From Mayamaea pseudoterrestris (lineage: Eukaryota), in assembly GCA_027923505.1 (NCBI GenBank), contig BROI01000012.1:806001-870000 (forward strand): a stretch of 64,000 nt of DNA, given 5' to 3'. The notes under the pieces are model-generated. The model was not told the DNA's origin, did not search any database, and saw only the letters and a list, made by a program, of their open reading frames with translations. The position numbers were made by a program, and so were the translations under genes. Each line of letters starts with the position of its first letter. The stretch's first letter is position 1. Below, one piece after another: positions 1 to 11,936 of this stretch.

Positions 1-690
1 CAGCATCCATCACCATGTACGCCACGGTGAGACTGGGCAGATCCAACATCTTGTTGGATATGCTAGTGGTGCACCTCAAGTGGCAAGTGAGACTTTCCAA
101 AAAATGACCTGCAGACCCCATAATACTACCAATATGGACTTGAACATTGATCTCAACTCATAGACATGTCCATCTGGGTGTCACAGCCATCACTTTGCCC
201 TGAGACTGTGCACATTCAACCAATGGTTGAATGTGCCAGCCCTGCACCCTTTTTGACTGCAGGTATCATTGGCATTGCCTGCTGAGCCCTCCAATTCCTT
301 TCAAATCATGTGTGTTGTCAATGATGGGCCATAAGTTGGTCAGTTGCACCTCAGCATCCATCGCCATGTATGCCACGGTGAGACCAAGCAGATCAAACAA
401 CTTGTTGGATCTGCTAGCGGTGCACCTCAAGTGGCAAGTGAGACTTCCAAGAAGGCCTGCAGACCCCATAATACAACCCATTTAGTCTTGAGCAATGAAT
501 GAAAATCATAGACTTGTCCATTTGGGTGTTGAACCCATCAATATGCCCTGAGACTGTGCACATTCAACCAATGGTTGAATGTGCCAGTTCTGCTCCCATT
601 TTGGCTGCAGGGATCATCAGCATGAGCCCTCTGATCCCTTTCAAATCATGTTTGTTGTTGATAATGGGCCATAAGTTGGTCAGTTGCATC
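1..690. repeat. Satellite A (348-bp unit), left segment, about 2 units, truncated by the window start
   Basis: Motifs recur 348 bp apart (gcacattcaaccaatggttgaatgtgc at 210 and 558; atgggccataagttggtcagttgca twice). Same family as 8151-10434. Confidence 0.95.
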
Positions 691-3600
691 TATCCTGATT
701 GCCATGGCATGTTTAGAATCATGCTAGCAAGGTTGGATTATTACATAAATCCTGGCTGAAACTTTGCTGTGCTTGGCACATGAAACACTCTACTTGTTTC
801 AGTCTCAGTCACACCACAGCCACTGCCAGAATAGCTGCTGTTTTCAAAGTTCCAAGCCTTGGACCTTGTCAAGAACCTTCTGCGGATTGCAGTAGCAGGT
901 TCAGATTCTTGGTGGCCAGGTTGCATCACTATACAAATCCCATCTGAATCTTTGATGTGGTGTAACCACTTGGAGGACCCTACTTGCTATATTCACGCAT
1001 AACCACTGGCTGACTGGCTTCCAAATTGGAACATCTCAACCTTTGACTTTGTCAAACATCTTATCCTGATTGCCATGGCATGCTCAGAATCATGCTAGCA
1101 AGGTGGGATCATCACATAAATCCCAACTGAAACTTTGCTGTGCTTGGCACATGGAACACCCTACTTGTTTCAGTCTCAGTCACACCACAGCCACTGCCAG
1201 AATAGCTGCTGTTTTCAAAGTTCCAAGCCTTGGACCTTGTCAAGAACCTTCTGCGGATTGCAGTAGCAGGTTCAGATTCTTGGTGGCCAGGTTGCATCAC
1301 TATACAAATCCCATCTGAATCTTTGACATGGTGGAACCACTTGGAGGACCCTACTTGCTATATTCACGCATAACCACTGGCTGACTAACTTCCAAATTGG
1401 AACATCTCAACCTTTGACTTTGTCAAACATCTTATCCTGATTGCCATGGCATGCACAGAATCATGCTAGCAAGGTGGGATCATCACATAAATCCCAACTG
1501 AAACTTTGCTGTGCTTGGCACATGGAACACCCTACTTGTTTCAGTCTCATTCCCACCTCAGCCACTGCCAGAATAGCTGCTGTTTACAAAGTTCCAAGCC
1601 TTGGACCTTGTCAAGCACCTTCTGCGGATTGCAGCAGCAGGTTCAGATTCTTGGTGGCCAGGTTGCATCACTATACAAATCCCATCTGAATCTTTGATGT
1701 GGTGTAACCACTTGGAGGACCCTACTTGCTATATTCACACATAACCACTGGCTGACTAGCTTCCAAATTGGAACATCTCAACCAATGACTTTGTCAAACA
1801 TCTTTTCCTGATTGCCATGGCATGCTCAGAATCATGCTAGCAAGGTGGGATCATCACATAAATCCCAACTGAAACTTTGCTGTGCTTGGCACATGGAACA
1901 CCCTACTTGTTTCAGTCTCAGTCACACCACAGCCACTGCCAGAATAGCTGCTGTTTTCAAAGTTCCAAGCCTTGGACCTTGTCAAGAACCTTCTGCGGAT
2001 TGCAGTAGCAGGTTCAGATTCTTGGTGGCCAGGTTGCATCACTATACAAATCCCATCTGAATCTTTGATGTGGTGGAACCACTTGGAGGCACCTACTTGC
2101 TTTATTCACGCATAACCACTGGCTGACTGGCTTCCAAATTGGAACATCTCAACCAATGACTTTGTCAAACATTTTATCCTGATTGCCATGGCATGCTCAG
2201 AATCATGCTAGCAAGGTGGGATCATCACATAAATCCCAACTGAAACTTTGCTGTGCTTGGCACATGGAACACCCTACTTGTTTCAGTCTCAGTCACACCA
2301 CAGCCACTGCCAGAATAGCTGCTGTTTTCAAAGTTCCAAGCCTTGGACCTTGTCAAGCACCTTCTGCGGATTGCAGTAGCAGGTTCAGATTCTTGGTGGC
2401 CAGGTTGCATCACTATACAAATCCCATCTGAATCTTTGATGTGGTGGAACCACTTGGAGGCACCTACTTGCTTTATTCACGCATAACCACTGGCTGACTG
2501 GCTTCCAAATTGGAACATCTCAACCTTTGACTTTGTCAAACATCTTATCCTGATTGCCATGGCATGCTCAGAATCATGCTAGTAAGGTTGGATCATCACA
2601 TAAATCCCAACTGAAACTTTGCTGTGTTTGGCACATGGAACACCCTACTTGTTTCAGTCTCAGTCACACCACAGCCACTGCCAGAATAGCTGCTGTTTTC
2701 AAAGTTCCAAGCCTTGGACCTTGTCAAGCACCTTCTGCGGATTGCAGTAGCAGGTTTAGATTCTTGGTGGCCAGTTTGCATCACTATACAAATCCCATCT
2801 GAATCTTTGATGTGGTGGAACCACTTAGAGGCACCTACTTGCTTTATTCACGCATAACCACTGGCTGACTGGCCTCCAAATTGGAACATCTCAACCAATG
2901 ACTTTGTCAAACATCTTTTCCTGATTGCCATGGCATGCTCAGAATCATGCTAGCAAGGTGGGATCATCACATAAATCCCAACTGAAACTTTGCTGTGCTT
3001 GGCACATGGAACACCCTACTTGTTTCAGTCTCAGTCACACCACAGCCACTGCCAGAATAGCTACTGTTTTCAAAGTTCCAAGCCTTGGACCTTGTCAAGC
3101 ACCTTCTGCGGATTGCAGTAGCAGCTTCAGATTCTTGGTGGCCAGGTTGCATCACTATACAAATCCCATCTGAATCTTTGATGTGGTGGAACCACTTGGA
3201 GGACCCTACTTGCTATATTCACGCATAACCACTGGCTGACTAGCTTCCAAATTGGAACATCTCAACCTTTGACTTTGTCAAACATCTTATCCTGATTGCC
3301 ATGGCATGCTCAGAATCATGCTAGCAAGGTGGGATCATCACATAAATCCCAACTGAAACTTTGCTGTGCTTGGCACATGGAACACCCTACTTGTTTCAGT
3401 CTCAGTCACACCACAGCCACTGCCAGAATAGCTGCTGTTTTCAAAGTTCCAAGCCTTGGACCTTGTCAAGCACCTTCTGCGGATTGCAGTAGCAGGTTCA
3501 GATTCTTGGTGGCCAGGTTGCATCACTATACAAATCCCATCTGAATCTTTGATGTGGTGGAACCACTTGGAGGCACCTACTTGCTTTATTCACGCATAAC

Positions 3601-6600
3601 CACTGGCTGACTGGCTTCCAAATTGGAACATCTCAACCTTTGACTTTGTCAAACATTTTATCCTGATTGCCATGGCATGCTCAGAATCATGCTAGTAAGG
3701 TGGGATCATCACATAAATCCCAACTGAAACTTTGCTGTGCTTGGCACATGGAACACCCTACTTGTTTCAGTCTCAGTCACACCACAGCCACTGCCAGAAT
3801 AGCTGCTGTTTTCAAAGTTCCAAGCCTTGGACCTTGTCAAGAACCTTCTGCGGATTGCAGTAGCAGCTTCAGATCCTTGGTGGCCAGGTTGCATCACTAT
3901 ACAAATCCCATCTGAAACATTGACGTGGTGGAACCACTTGGAGGAACCTACTTGCTATATTCACGCATAACCACTGGCTGACTGGCTTCCAAATTGGAAC
4001 ATCTCAACCTTTGACTTTGTCAAACATCTTATCCTGATTGCCATGGCATGCTCAGAATCATGCTAGTAAGGTTGGATTATTACATAAATCCCAACTGAAA
4101 CTTTGCTGTGCTTGGCACATGAAACACCCTACTTGTTTCAGTCTCAGTCACACCACAGCCACTGCCAGAATAGCTGCTGTTTTCAAAGTTCCAAGCCTTG
4201 GACCTTGTCAAGAACCTTCTGCGGATTGCAGTAGCAGGTTCAGATTCTTGGTGGCCAGGTTGCATCACTATACAAATCCCATCTGAATCTTTGATGTGGT
4301 GGAACCACTTGGAGGCACCTACTTGCTATATTCACGCATAACCACTGGCTGACTAGCTTCCAAATTGGAACATCTCAACCAATGACTTTGTCAAACATCT
4401 TTTCCTGATTGCCATGGCATGCTCAGAATCATGCTAGCAAGGTGGGATCATCACATAAATCCCAACTGAAACTTTGCTGTGCTTGGCACATGGAACACCC
4501 TACTTGTTTCAGTCTCAGTCACACCACAGCCACTGCCAGAATAGCTACTGTTTTCAAAGTTCCAAGCCTTGGACCTTGTCAAGAACCTTCTGCGGATTGC
4601 AGTAGCAGGTTCAGATCCTTGGTGGCCAGGTTGCATCACTATACAAATCCCATCTGAAACATTGACGTGGTGGAACCACTTAGAGGCACCTACTTGCTAT
4701 ATTCGCGCATAACCACTGGCTGACTGGCCTCCAAATTGGAACATCTCAATTAATGACTTTGTCAAACATTTTATCCTGATTGCCATGGCATGCTCAGAAT
4801 CATGCTAGCAAGGTGGGATTATTACATAAATCCCAACTGAAACTTTGCTGTGCTTGGCACATGGAACACCCTACTTGTTTCAGTCTCAGTCACACCACAG
4901 CCACTGCCAGAATAGCTGCTGTTTTCAAAGTTCCAAGCCTTGGACCTTGTCAAGCACCTTCTGCGGATTGCAGTAGCAGGTTCAGATTCTTGGTGGCCAG
5001 GTTGCATCACTATACAAATCCCATCTGAAACATTGACGTGGTGGAACCACTTGGAGGCACCTACTTGCTTTATTCACGCATAACCACTGGCTGACTGGCT
5101 TCCAAATTGGAACATCTCAACCTTTGACTTTGTCAAACATCTTATCCTGATTGCCATGGCATGCTCAGAATCATGCTAGCAAGGTGGGATCATCACATAA
5201 ATCCCAACTGAAACTTTGCTGTGCTTGGCACATGGAACACCCTACTTGTTTCAGTCTCAGTCACACCACAGCCACTGCCAGAATAGCTGCTGTTTTCAAA
5301 GTTCCAAGCCTTGGACCTTGTCAAGCACCTTCTGCGGATTGCAGTAGCAGCTTCAGATCCTTGGTGGCCAGGTTGCATCACTATACAAATCCCATCTGAA
5401 TCTTTGATGTGGTGGAACCACTTAGAGGCACCTACTTGCTTTATTCGCGCATAACCACTGGCTGACTGGCCTCCAAATTGGAACATCTCAATTAATGACT
5501 TTGTCAAACATTTTATCCTGATTGCCATGGCATGCTCAGAATCATGCTAGCAAGGTGGGATTATTACATAAATCCCAACTGAAACTTTGCTGTGCTTGGC
5601 ACATGAAACACCCTACTTGTTTCAGTCTCAGTCACACCACAGCCACTGCCAGAATAGCTGCTGTTTTCAAAGTTCCAAGCCTTGGACCTTGTCAAGAACC
5701 TTCTGCGGATTGCAGTAGCAGGTTCAGATTCTTGGTGGCCAGGTTGCATCACTATACAAATCCCATCTGAAACATTGACGTGGTGGAACCACTTGGAGGC
5801 ACCTACTTGCTTTATTCACGCATAACCACTGGCTGACTGGCTTCCAAATTGGAACATCTCAACCAATGACTTTGTCAAACATCTTTTCCTGATTGCCATG
5901 GCATGCTCAGAATCATGCTAGCAAGGTGGGATCATCACATAAAACCCAACTGAAACTTTGCTGTGCTTGGCACATGGAACACCCTACTTGTTTCAGTCTC
6001 AGTCACACCACAGCCACTGCCAGAATAGCTGCTGTTTTCAAAGTTCCAAGCCTTGGACCTTGTCAAGCACCTTCTGCGGATTGCAGTAGCAGGTTCAGAT
6101 TCTTGGTGGCCAGGTTACATCACCATACAAATCCCATCTGAATCTTTGACATGGTGGAACCACTTGGAGGCACCTACTTGCTTTATTCACGCATAACCAC
6201 TGGCTGACTGGCTTCCAAATTGGAACATCTCAACCAATGACTTTGTCAAACAGCTTTTCCTGATTGCCATGGCATGCTCAGAATCATGCTAGCAAGGTGG
6301 GATCATCACATAAATCCCAACTGAAACTTTGCTGTGCTTGGCACATGGAACACCCTACTTGTTTCAGTCTCAGTCACACCACAGCCACTGCCAGAATAGC
6401 TGCTGTTTTCAAAGTTCCAAGCCTTGGACCTTGTCAAGAACCTTCTGCGGATTGCAGTAGCAGGTTCAGATTCTTGGTGGCCAGGTTGCATCACTATACA
6501 AATCCCATCTGAAACATTGACGTGGTGGAACCACTTGGAGGAACCTACTTGCTATATTCACGCATAACCACTGGCTGACTGGCCTCCAAATTGGAACATC

Positions 6601-8148
6601 TCAACCTTTGACTTTGTCAAACAGCTTTTCCTGATTGCCATGGCATGCTCAGAATCATGCTAGTAAGGTGGGATCATCACATAAAACCCAACTGAAACTT
6701 TGCTGTGCTTGGCACATGGAACACCCTACTTGTTTCAGTCTCAGTCACACCACAGCCACTGCCAGAATAGCTGCTGTTTTCAAAGTTCCAAGCCTTGGAC
6801 CTTGTCAAGCACCTTCTGCGGATTGCAGTAGCAGGTTCAGATTCTTGGTGGCCAGGTTGCATCACTATACAAATTCCATCTGAATCTGGTCTGGTACCAC
6901 TGGTGACTGGCTCTTGGAACTCAGCTTTGTAAACAGCTTAGGGGGACCCTACTTGGACCGCTTCGCTTTCGTGCCGCATGATTCACTGCGGCCTCCACAA
7001 TGGTTGTCAAATTGAACATCTCAACCAATGACTTTGTCAAACATCTTTTCCTGATTGCCATGGCATGCTCAGAATCATGCTAGCAAGGTGGGATCATCAC
7101 ATAAATCCCAACTGAAACTTTGCTGTGCTTGGCACATGGAACACCCTACTTGTTTCAGTCTCAGTCACACCACAGCCACTGCCAGAATAGCTGCTGTTTT
7201 CAAAGTTCCAAGCCTTGGACCTTGTCAAGCACCTTCTGCGGATTGCAGTAGCAGGTTCAGATTCTTGGTGGACAGGTTGCATCACTATACAAATCCCATC
7301 TGAATCTTTGATGTGGTGGAACCACTTGGAGGACCTTACTTGCTATATTCACACATAACCACTGGCTGACTAGCTTCCAAATCAGAACATCTCAACCTTT
7401 GACTTTGACAAACATCTTATCCTGATTGCCATGGCATGCTCAGAATCATGCTAGCAAGGTTGGATTATCACATAAATCCCAACTGAAACTTTGCTGTGCT
7501 TGGCACATGGAACACCCTACTTGTTTCAGTCTCAGTCACACCACAGCCACTGCCAGAATAGCTACTGTTTTCAAAGTTCCAAGCCTTGGACCTTGTCAAG
7601 CACCTTCTGCGGATTGCAGTAGCAGGTTCAGATTCTTGGTGGCCAGGTTGCATCACTATACAAATCCCATCTGAAACTTTGATGTGGTGGAACCACTTGG
7701 AGGAACCTACTTGCTATATTCATGCATAACCACTGGCTGACTAACTTCCAAATTGGAACATATCAATCTTTGACTTTGTCAAACATCTTATCCGGATTGC
7801 CATGGCATGCTCAGAATCATGCTAGTAAGGTTGGATCATCACATAAATCCCAACTGAAACTTTGCTGTGTTTGGCACATGGAACACCCTACTTGTTTCAG
7901 TCTCAGTCACACCACAGCCACTGCCAGAATAGCTGCTGTTTCCAAAGTTCCAAGCCTTGGACCTTGTCAAGCACCTTCTGCGGATTGCAGTAGCAGGTTC
8001 AGATTCTTGGTGGCCAGGTTGCATCACTATACAAATCCCATCTGAAACTTTGATGTGGTGGAACCACTTGGAGGACCCTACTTGCTATATTCACGCATAA
8101 CCACTGGCTGACTGGCTTCCAAATTGGAACATCTCAACCTTTGACTTT
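691..8148. repeat. Satellite B, 20 tandem units of 371 bp (each a diverged dimer of about 183+188 bp)
   Basis: Unit starts (tatcctgattgccatggc) at 691, 1062, 1433 ... 6627, then 7047 (one garbled 420-bp unit), 7418, 7789. The same pseudo-ORF recurs every 371 bp in the ORF track. Confidence 0.98.
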
Positions 8149-8150
8149 AT

Positions 8151-10434
8151 CTCAAATGGCAAGTGAGACTTCCAAAATGGCCTGCAGACCCCATAATACA
8201 ACCAATACGGACTTAAACATTGATTGGCACTCATAGAATTGTCCACTTAGGTATGGAAGCCATCACCATGCGTTGAGACTGCGCACATTCAACCAATGGT
8301 TGTATGTGCCAGCCCTGCTCCCTTTTTGGCTGCAGGGATCATCGGCATTGCCCGCTGAGCCCTCCAATTTCTTTCAAATCATGTGTGTTGTCAATGATGG
8401 GCCATAAGTTGGTCAGTTGCACCTCAGCAACCATCACCATGTATGCCACGGTGAGACCAAGCAGATCCAACAACTTGTTGGATCTGCTAGCGGTGCACCT
8501 CAAGTGGCAAGTGAGACTTCCAAAATGGCCTGCAGACCCCATAATACAATCAATATGGGCTTGAACAATGAATGGGACTCATAGACCTGTCCATTTGGGC
8601 GTTGAACCCATCACTAGGCTCTGAGTCTCCGCACATTCAACCAATGGTTGAATGTGCCAGCCCTGCTCCCATTTTGGCTGCAGGGATCATCAGCATTGCC
8701 TGCTGAGCCCTCCAATTTCTTTCAAATCATGTGTGTTGTCAATGATGGGCCATAAGTTGGTCAGTTGCACCTCAGCAACCATCACCATGTATGCCACGGT
8801 GAGACCAAGCAGATCCAACAACTTGTTGGATCTGCTAGTGGTGCACCTCAAGTGGCAAGTGAGACTTCCAAAATGGCCTGCAGACCCCATAATACAATCA
8901 ATATGGGCTTGAACAATGAATGGGACTCATAGACCTGTCCATTTGGGCGTTGAACCCATCACTAGGCCCTGAGTCTCTGCACATTCAACAAATGGTTGAA
9001 TGTGCCAGCAGTGCACCCTTTTTGGCTGCAGGGGTCATCAGCATTGCCAGCTGAGCTTTTCAATTATTTTCAATTATGCATCTTGTCATGATGGGCCATA
9101 CGTTGGTCAGTAGCACCTCAGTATCCACCACCAAATATGCCATGGTGAGACTCAGCAGGTCCAACAAGTTGTTAGATCTGCTAGCGGTGCACCTCAAGTG
9201 GCAGGTCTGACTTCCAAAATGGCCTGCAGACATCAGAATACAACAGACATATAATTTAACATTGAATGGGACTCATAGACATATGCTTTTGGGTGTGGAA
9301 CCCATCACTAGGCCCTGAGACTCCGCACATTCAACAAATGGTTGAATGTGCCAGCACTGCACCCTTTTTGGTGGCAGGGATCATCAGCATTGCCAGCTGA
9401 GCCCTCCAATTGCTTTCAAATTATGCTTGTTGTCATGATGGGCCATACGGTGGTCATTTCAACCTCAGTATCCACCACCATATGAGCCATGGTGAGACTA
9501 AGCAGGTCCAAAAAGTTGTTGGATCTGCTAGCGGTGCACCTCAAGTGGCAGGTCTGACTTCCAAAATGGCCTGCAGACATCAGAATACAACAGACATATA
9601 ATTTAACATTGAATGGGACTCATAGACATATGCTTTTGGGTGTGGAACCCATCACTACACCCTGAGTCTCCGCACATTCAACAAATGGTTGAATGAGCCA
9701 GCACTGCACCCTTTTTGGTGCCAGCAGTGCACTCTTTTTGGCTGCAGGGGTCATCAGCATTGCCAGCTGAGCTTTTCAATTATTTTCAATTATGCATCTT
9801 GTCATGATGGGCCATACGTTGGTCAGTAGCACCTCAGTATCCACCACCAAATATGCCATGGTGAGACTCAGCAGGTCCAACAAGTTGTTAGATCTGCTAG
9901 CGGTGCACCTCAAGTGGCAGGTCTGACTTCCAAAATGGCCTGCAGACATCAGAATACAACAGACATATAATTTAACATTGAATGGGACTCATAGACATAT
10001 GCTTTTGGGTGTGGAACCCATCACTAGGCCCTGAGACTCCGCACATTCAACAAATGGTTGAATGTGCCAGCACTGCACCCTTTTTGGTGGCAGGGATCAT
10101 CAGCATTGCCAGCTGAGCCCTCCAATTGCTTTCAAATTATGCTTGTTGTCATGATGGGCCATACGGTGGTCATTTCAACCTCAGTATCCACCACCATATG
10201 AGCCATGGTGAGACTAAGCAGGTCCAAAAAGTTGTTGGATCTGCTAGCGGTGCACCTCAAGTGGCAGGTCTGACTTCCAAAATGGCCTGCAGACATCAGA
10301 ATACAACAGACATATAATTTAACATTGAATGGGACTCATAGACATATGCTTTTGGGTGTGGAACCCATCACTACACCCTGAGTCTCCGCACATTCAACAA
10401 ATGGTTGAATGAGCCAGCACTGCACCCTTTTTGG
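8151..10434. repeat. Satellite A (348-bp unit), right segment, about 6.5 units, ending in a 716-bp higher-order duplication
   Basis: Period 348 (8304/8652/9000). 9005-9718 is repeated almost exactly at 9721-10434 (offset 716). Confidence 0.95.
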
Positions 10435-10662
10435 ACCATGTCTTGTCAAATTGGGTATTATTCTCATCACTTTCATTCAGTGCACCTTGTTGGCTACAAG
10501 ATTTAATGGCTTCCCATGAGATTTCATATTGCATCCTGAGGGTTTTTAAGCAGGTAAGGTATTTTAAATGCACGTGTGTTTGTACAGCCTATGGAATGGG
10601 AGGGTTACAAAAAAGCAAAATGTTTATTTTGTGGAACAGTATCTGGGTGTTACACTTGTCAT

Positions 10663-11546
10663 TTAAAGCTCTTGCAAACGCAACTCTGGGACAGCATTCC
10701 ATATGAGACCCTCGCTCGTACTTGGGGCCTCTTTTCTCCATGATCCGCCTCGTTCCTTGACGCGCTGGTGCACCTTTAACACAAACTTGATGACAAGTGC
10801 ATGTATCTTGTCGGCCTTGATTTCAATGTTTCCTTCGCCAAGGTCTTTGCTGGCGCTGGCAATTAAAACTCTTTTACAAAGCTTTGTGACTTCATCGTCC
10901 TGCGTCCAGATGAATAGTGTGCAGGTGTGAGTGGAGCTTTTTGTGGCAATTGACATAATCTCTCCAAGCAACCAACATACTTCATCTAAGTCAGGCTGAT
11001 CCCACCAATTAGTCAGTGGCTCCTCCTCCCATTCGTCCCAAGGAATGTCATTGTGTTCCTCGGCAACGTGTGATGGATCCTTCATTTGTTTGGGTGATTC
11101 TTCCTCGTCAAACTCGAGAATATTGCTCATGGCCTCGCCTTCCTTGAACGACACGCGAAACAATGATCTTTCGCTTCTTCGTTGTGCCTTTTTCTCCAAA
11201 ATTAATCTGCCCAGCATGGTATCTGTTAAATGCTTTAATCGTTCGTCGCGCTCAATGGCATGCTTAATGTCCGTCCGGAATTGTTTGCGTCGCTCATTTT
11301 CAACTCTTGCGTGACAACTTTCTTCGCATTCTTCTCTTCCAGTAGGGCTTGATCTTGAAGATCTGGCTCTGTCCGAATGTTGTTCTTGGAGGATGGGTTG
11401 CCATCGTCCCCATTGTCGCGATCCGTCCCATCATCGTCATGGTCGTCGTCATCGTTGCGCTCACTCGTTTCGACCTCCGAATCCGACGAGTAAAGGTTTA
11501 GCGTCGCGTTGCTATCGGAGAAGGACGCTTGAAGGATACTTGTCAT
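10663..11546 (-). pseudogene. Hypothetical acidic protein split by a single frameshift (pseudogene or sequencing error)
   Basis: ORF 11546-11235 (acidic, D-rich). A second reading frame is open from about 11430 to 10663 (ARVENERRKQFRTDIKHAIERDERLKHLTDTMLGRLILEKK...). One indel around 11310-11340 would join them. No family recognised. Confidence 0.45.
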
Positions 11547-11936
11547 CTTGGTGATGAGAAGCGCTTATTGTGCAGTCTGGACCCTTCTAACATTTGATCA
11601 ACCGATGCGGCACAGATTCCGGTCATCATCATGGCGTCGGCGTTTCGGCCTTGGGAGAGTTGCGCAAGATTAAAAAAGAGACGTATCGATGCGACAGATT
11701 TAGTCTTGGAGCGACATTACATGGCGCGCCACGCGTTCGAAACATGCTTACGTCACCAACTGCATGTCTGCAACCATGATGATGGACGATTGCCTCATTC
11801 GACTTGCTTCTAAACGCGCCTCGTGGCAGTTGCAAGTGTCTCCTTGACGTCGTCTAGTCGTGCAGTCTCAGTTGACATCTCATTGATTTGAATCTCCGTT
11901 TCAGTAATCTCCAGTCACGCAGGAAGCAGCTCGAAA

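Noticed and set aside
6888..7015. Apparent novel insertion in unit 17 of satellite B
   Set aside because: It is a scrambled patchwork of B-unit fragments with atypical CpGs, most likely a consensus/assembly artefact. Raw reads would be needed to confirm.
231..10317. Dozens of 60-110 aa ORFs in satellites A and B, and a possible coding origin of B (LDLVKNLLRIAVA vs FDFVKHLILIAMA; IPSE/IPTE reminiscent of LRRs)
   Set aside because: 371 is not a multiple of 3 and the candidate frames contain stops. No LRR or ankyrin spacing fits. The excess of third-position differences between the B halves fades when the alignment is extended.
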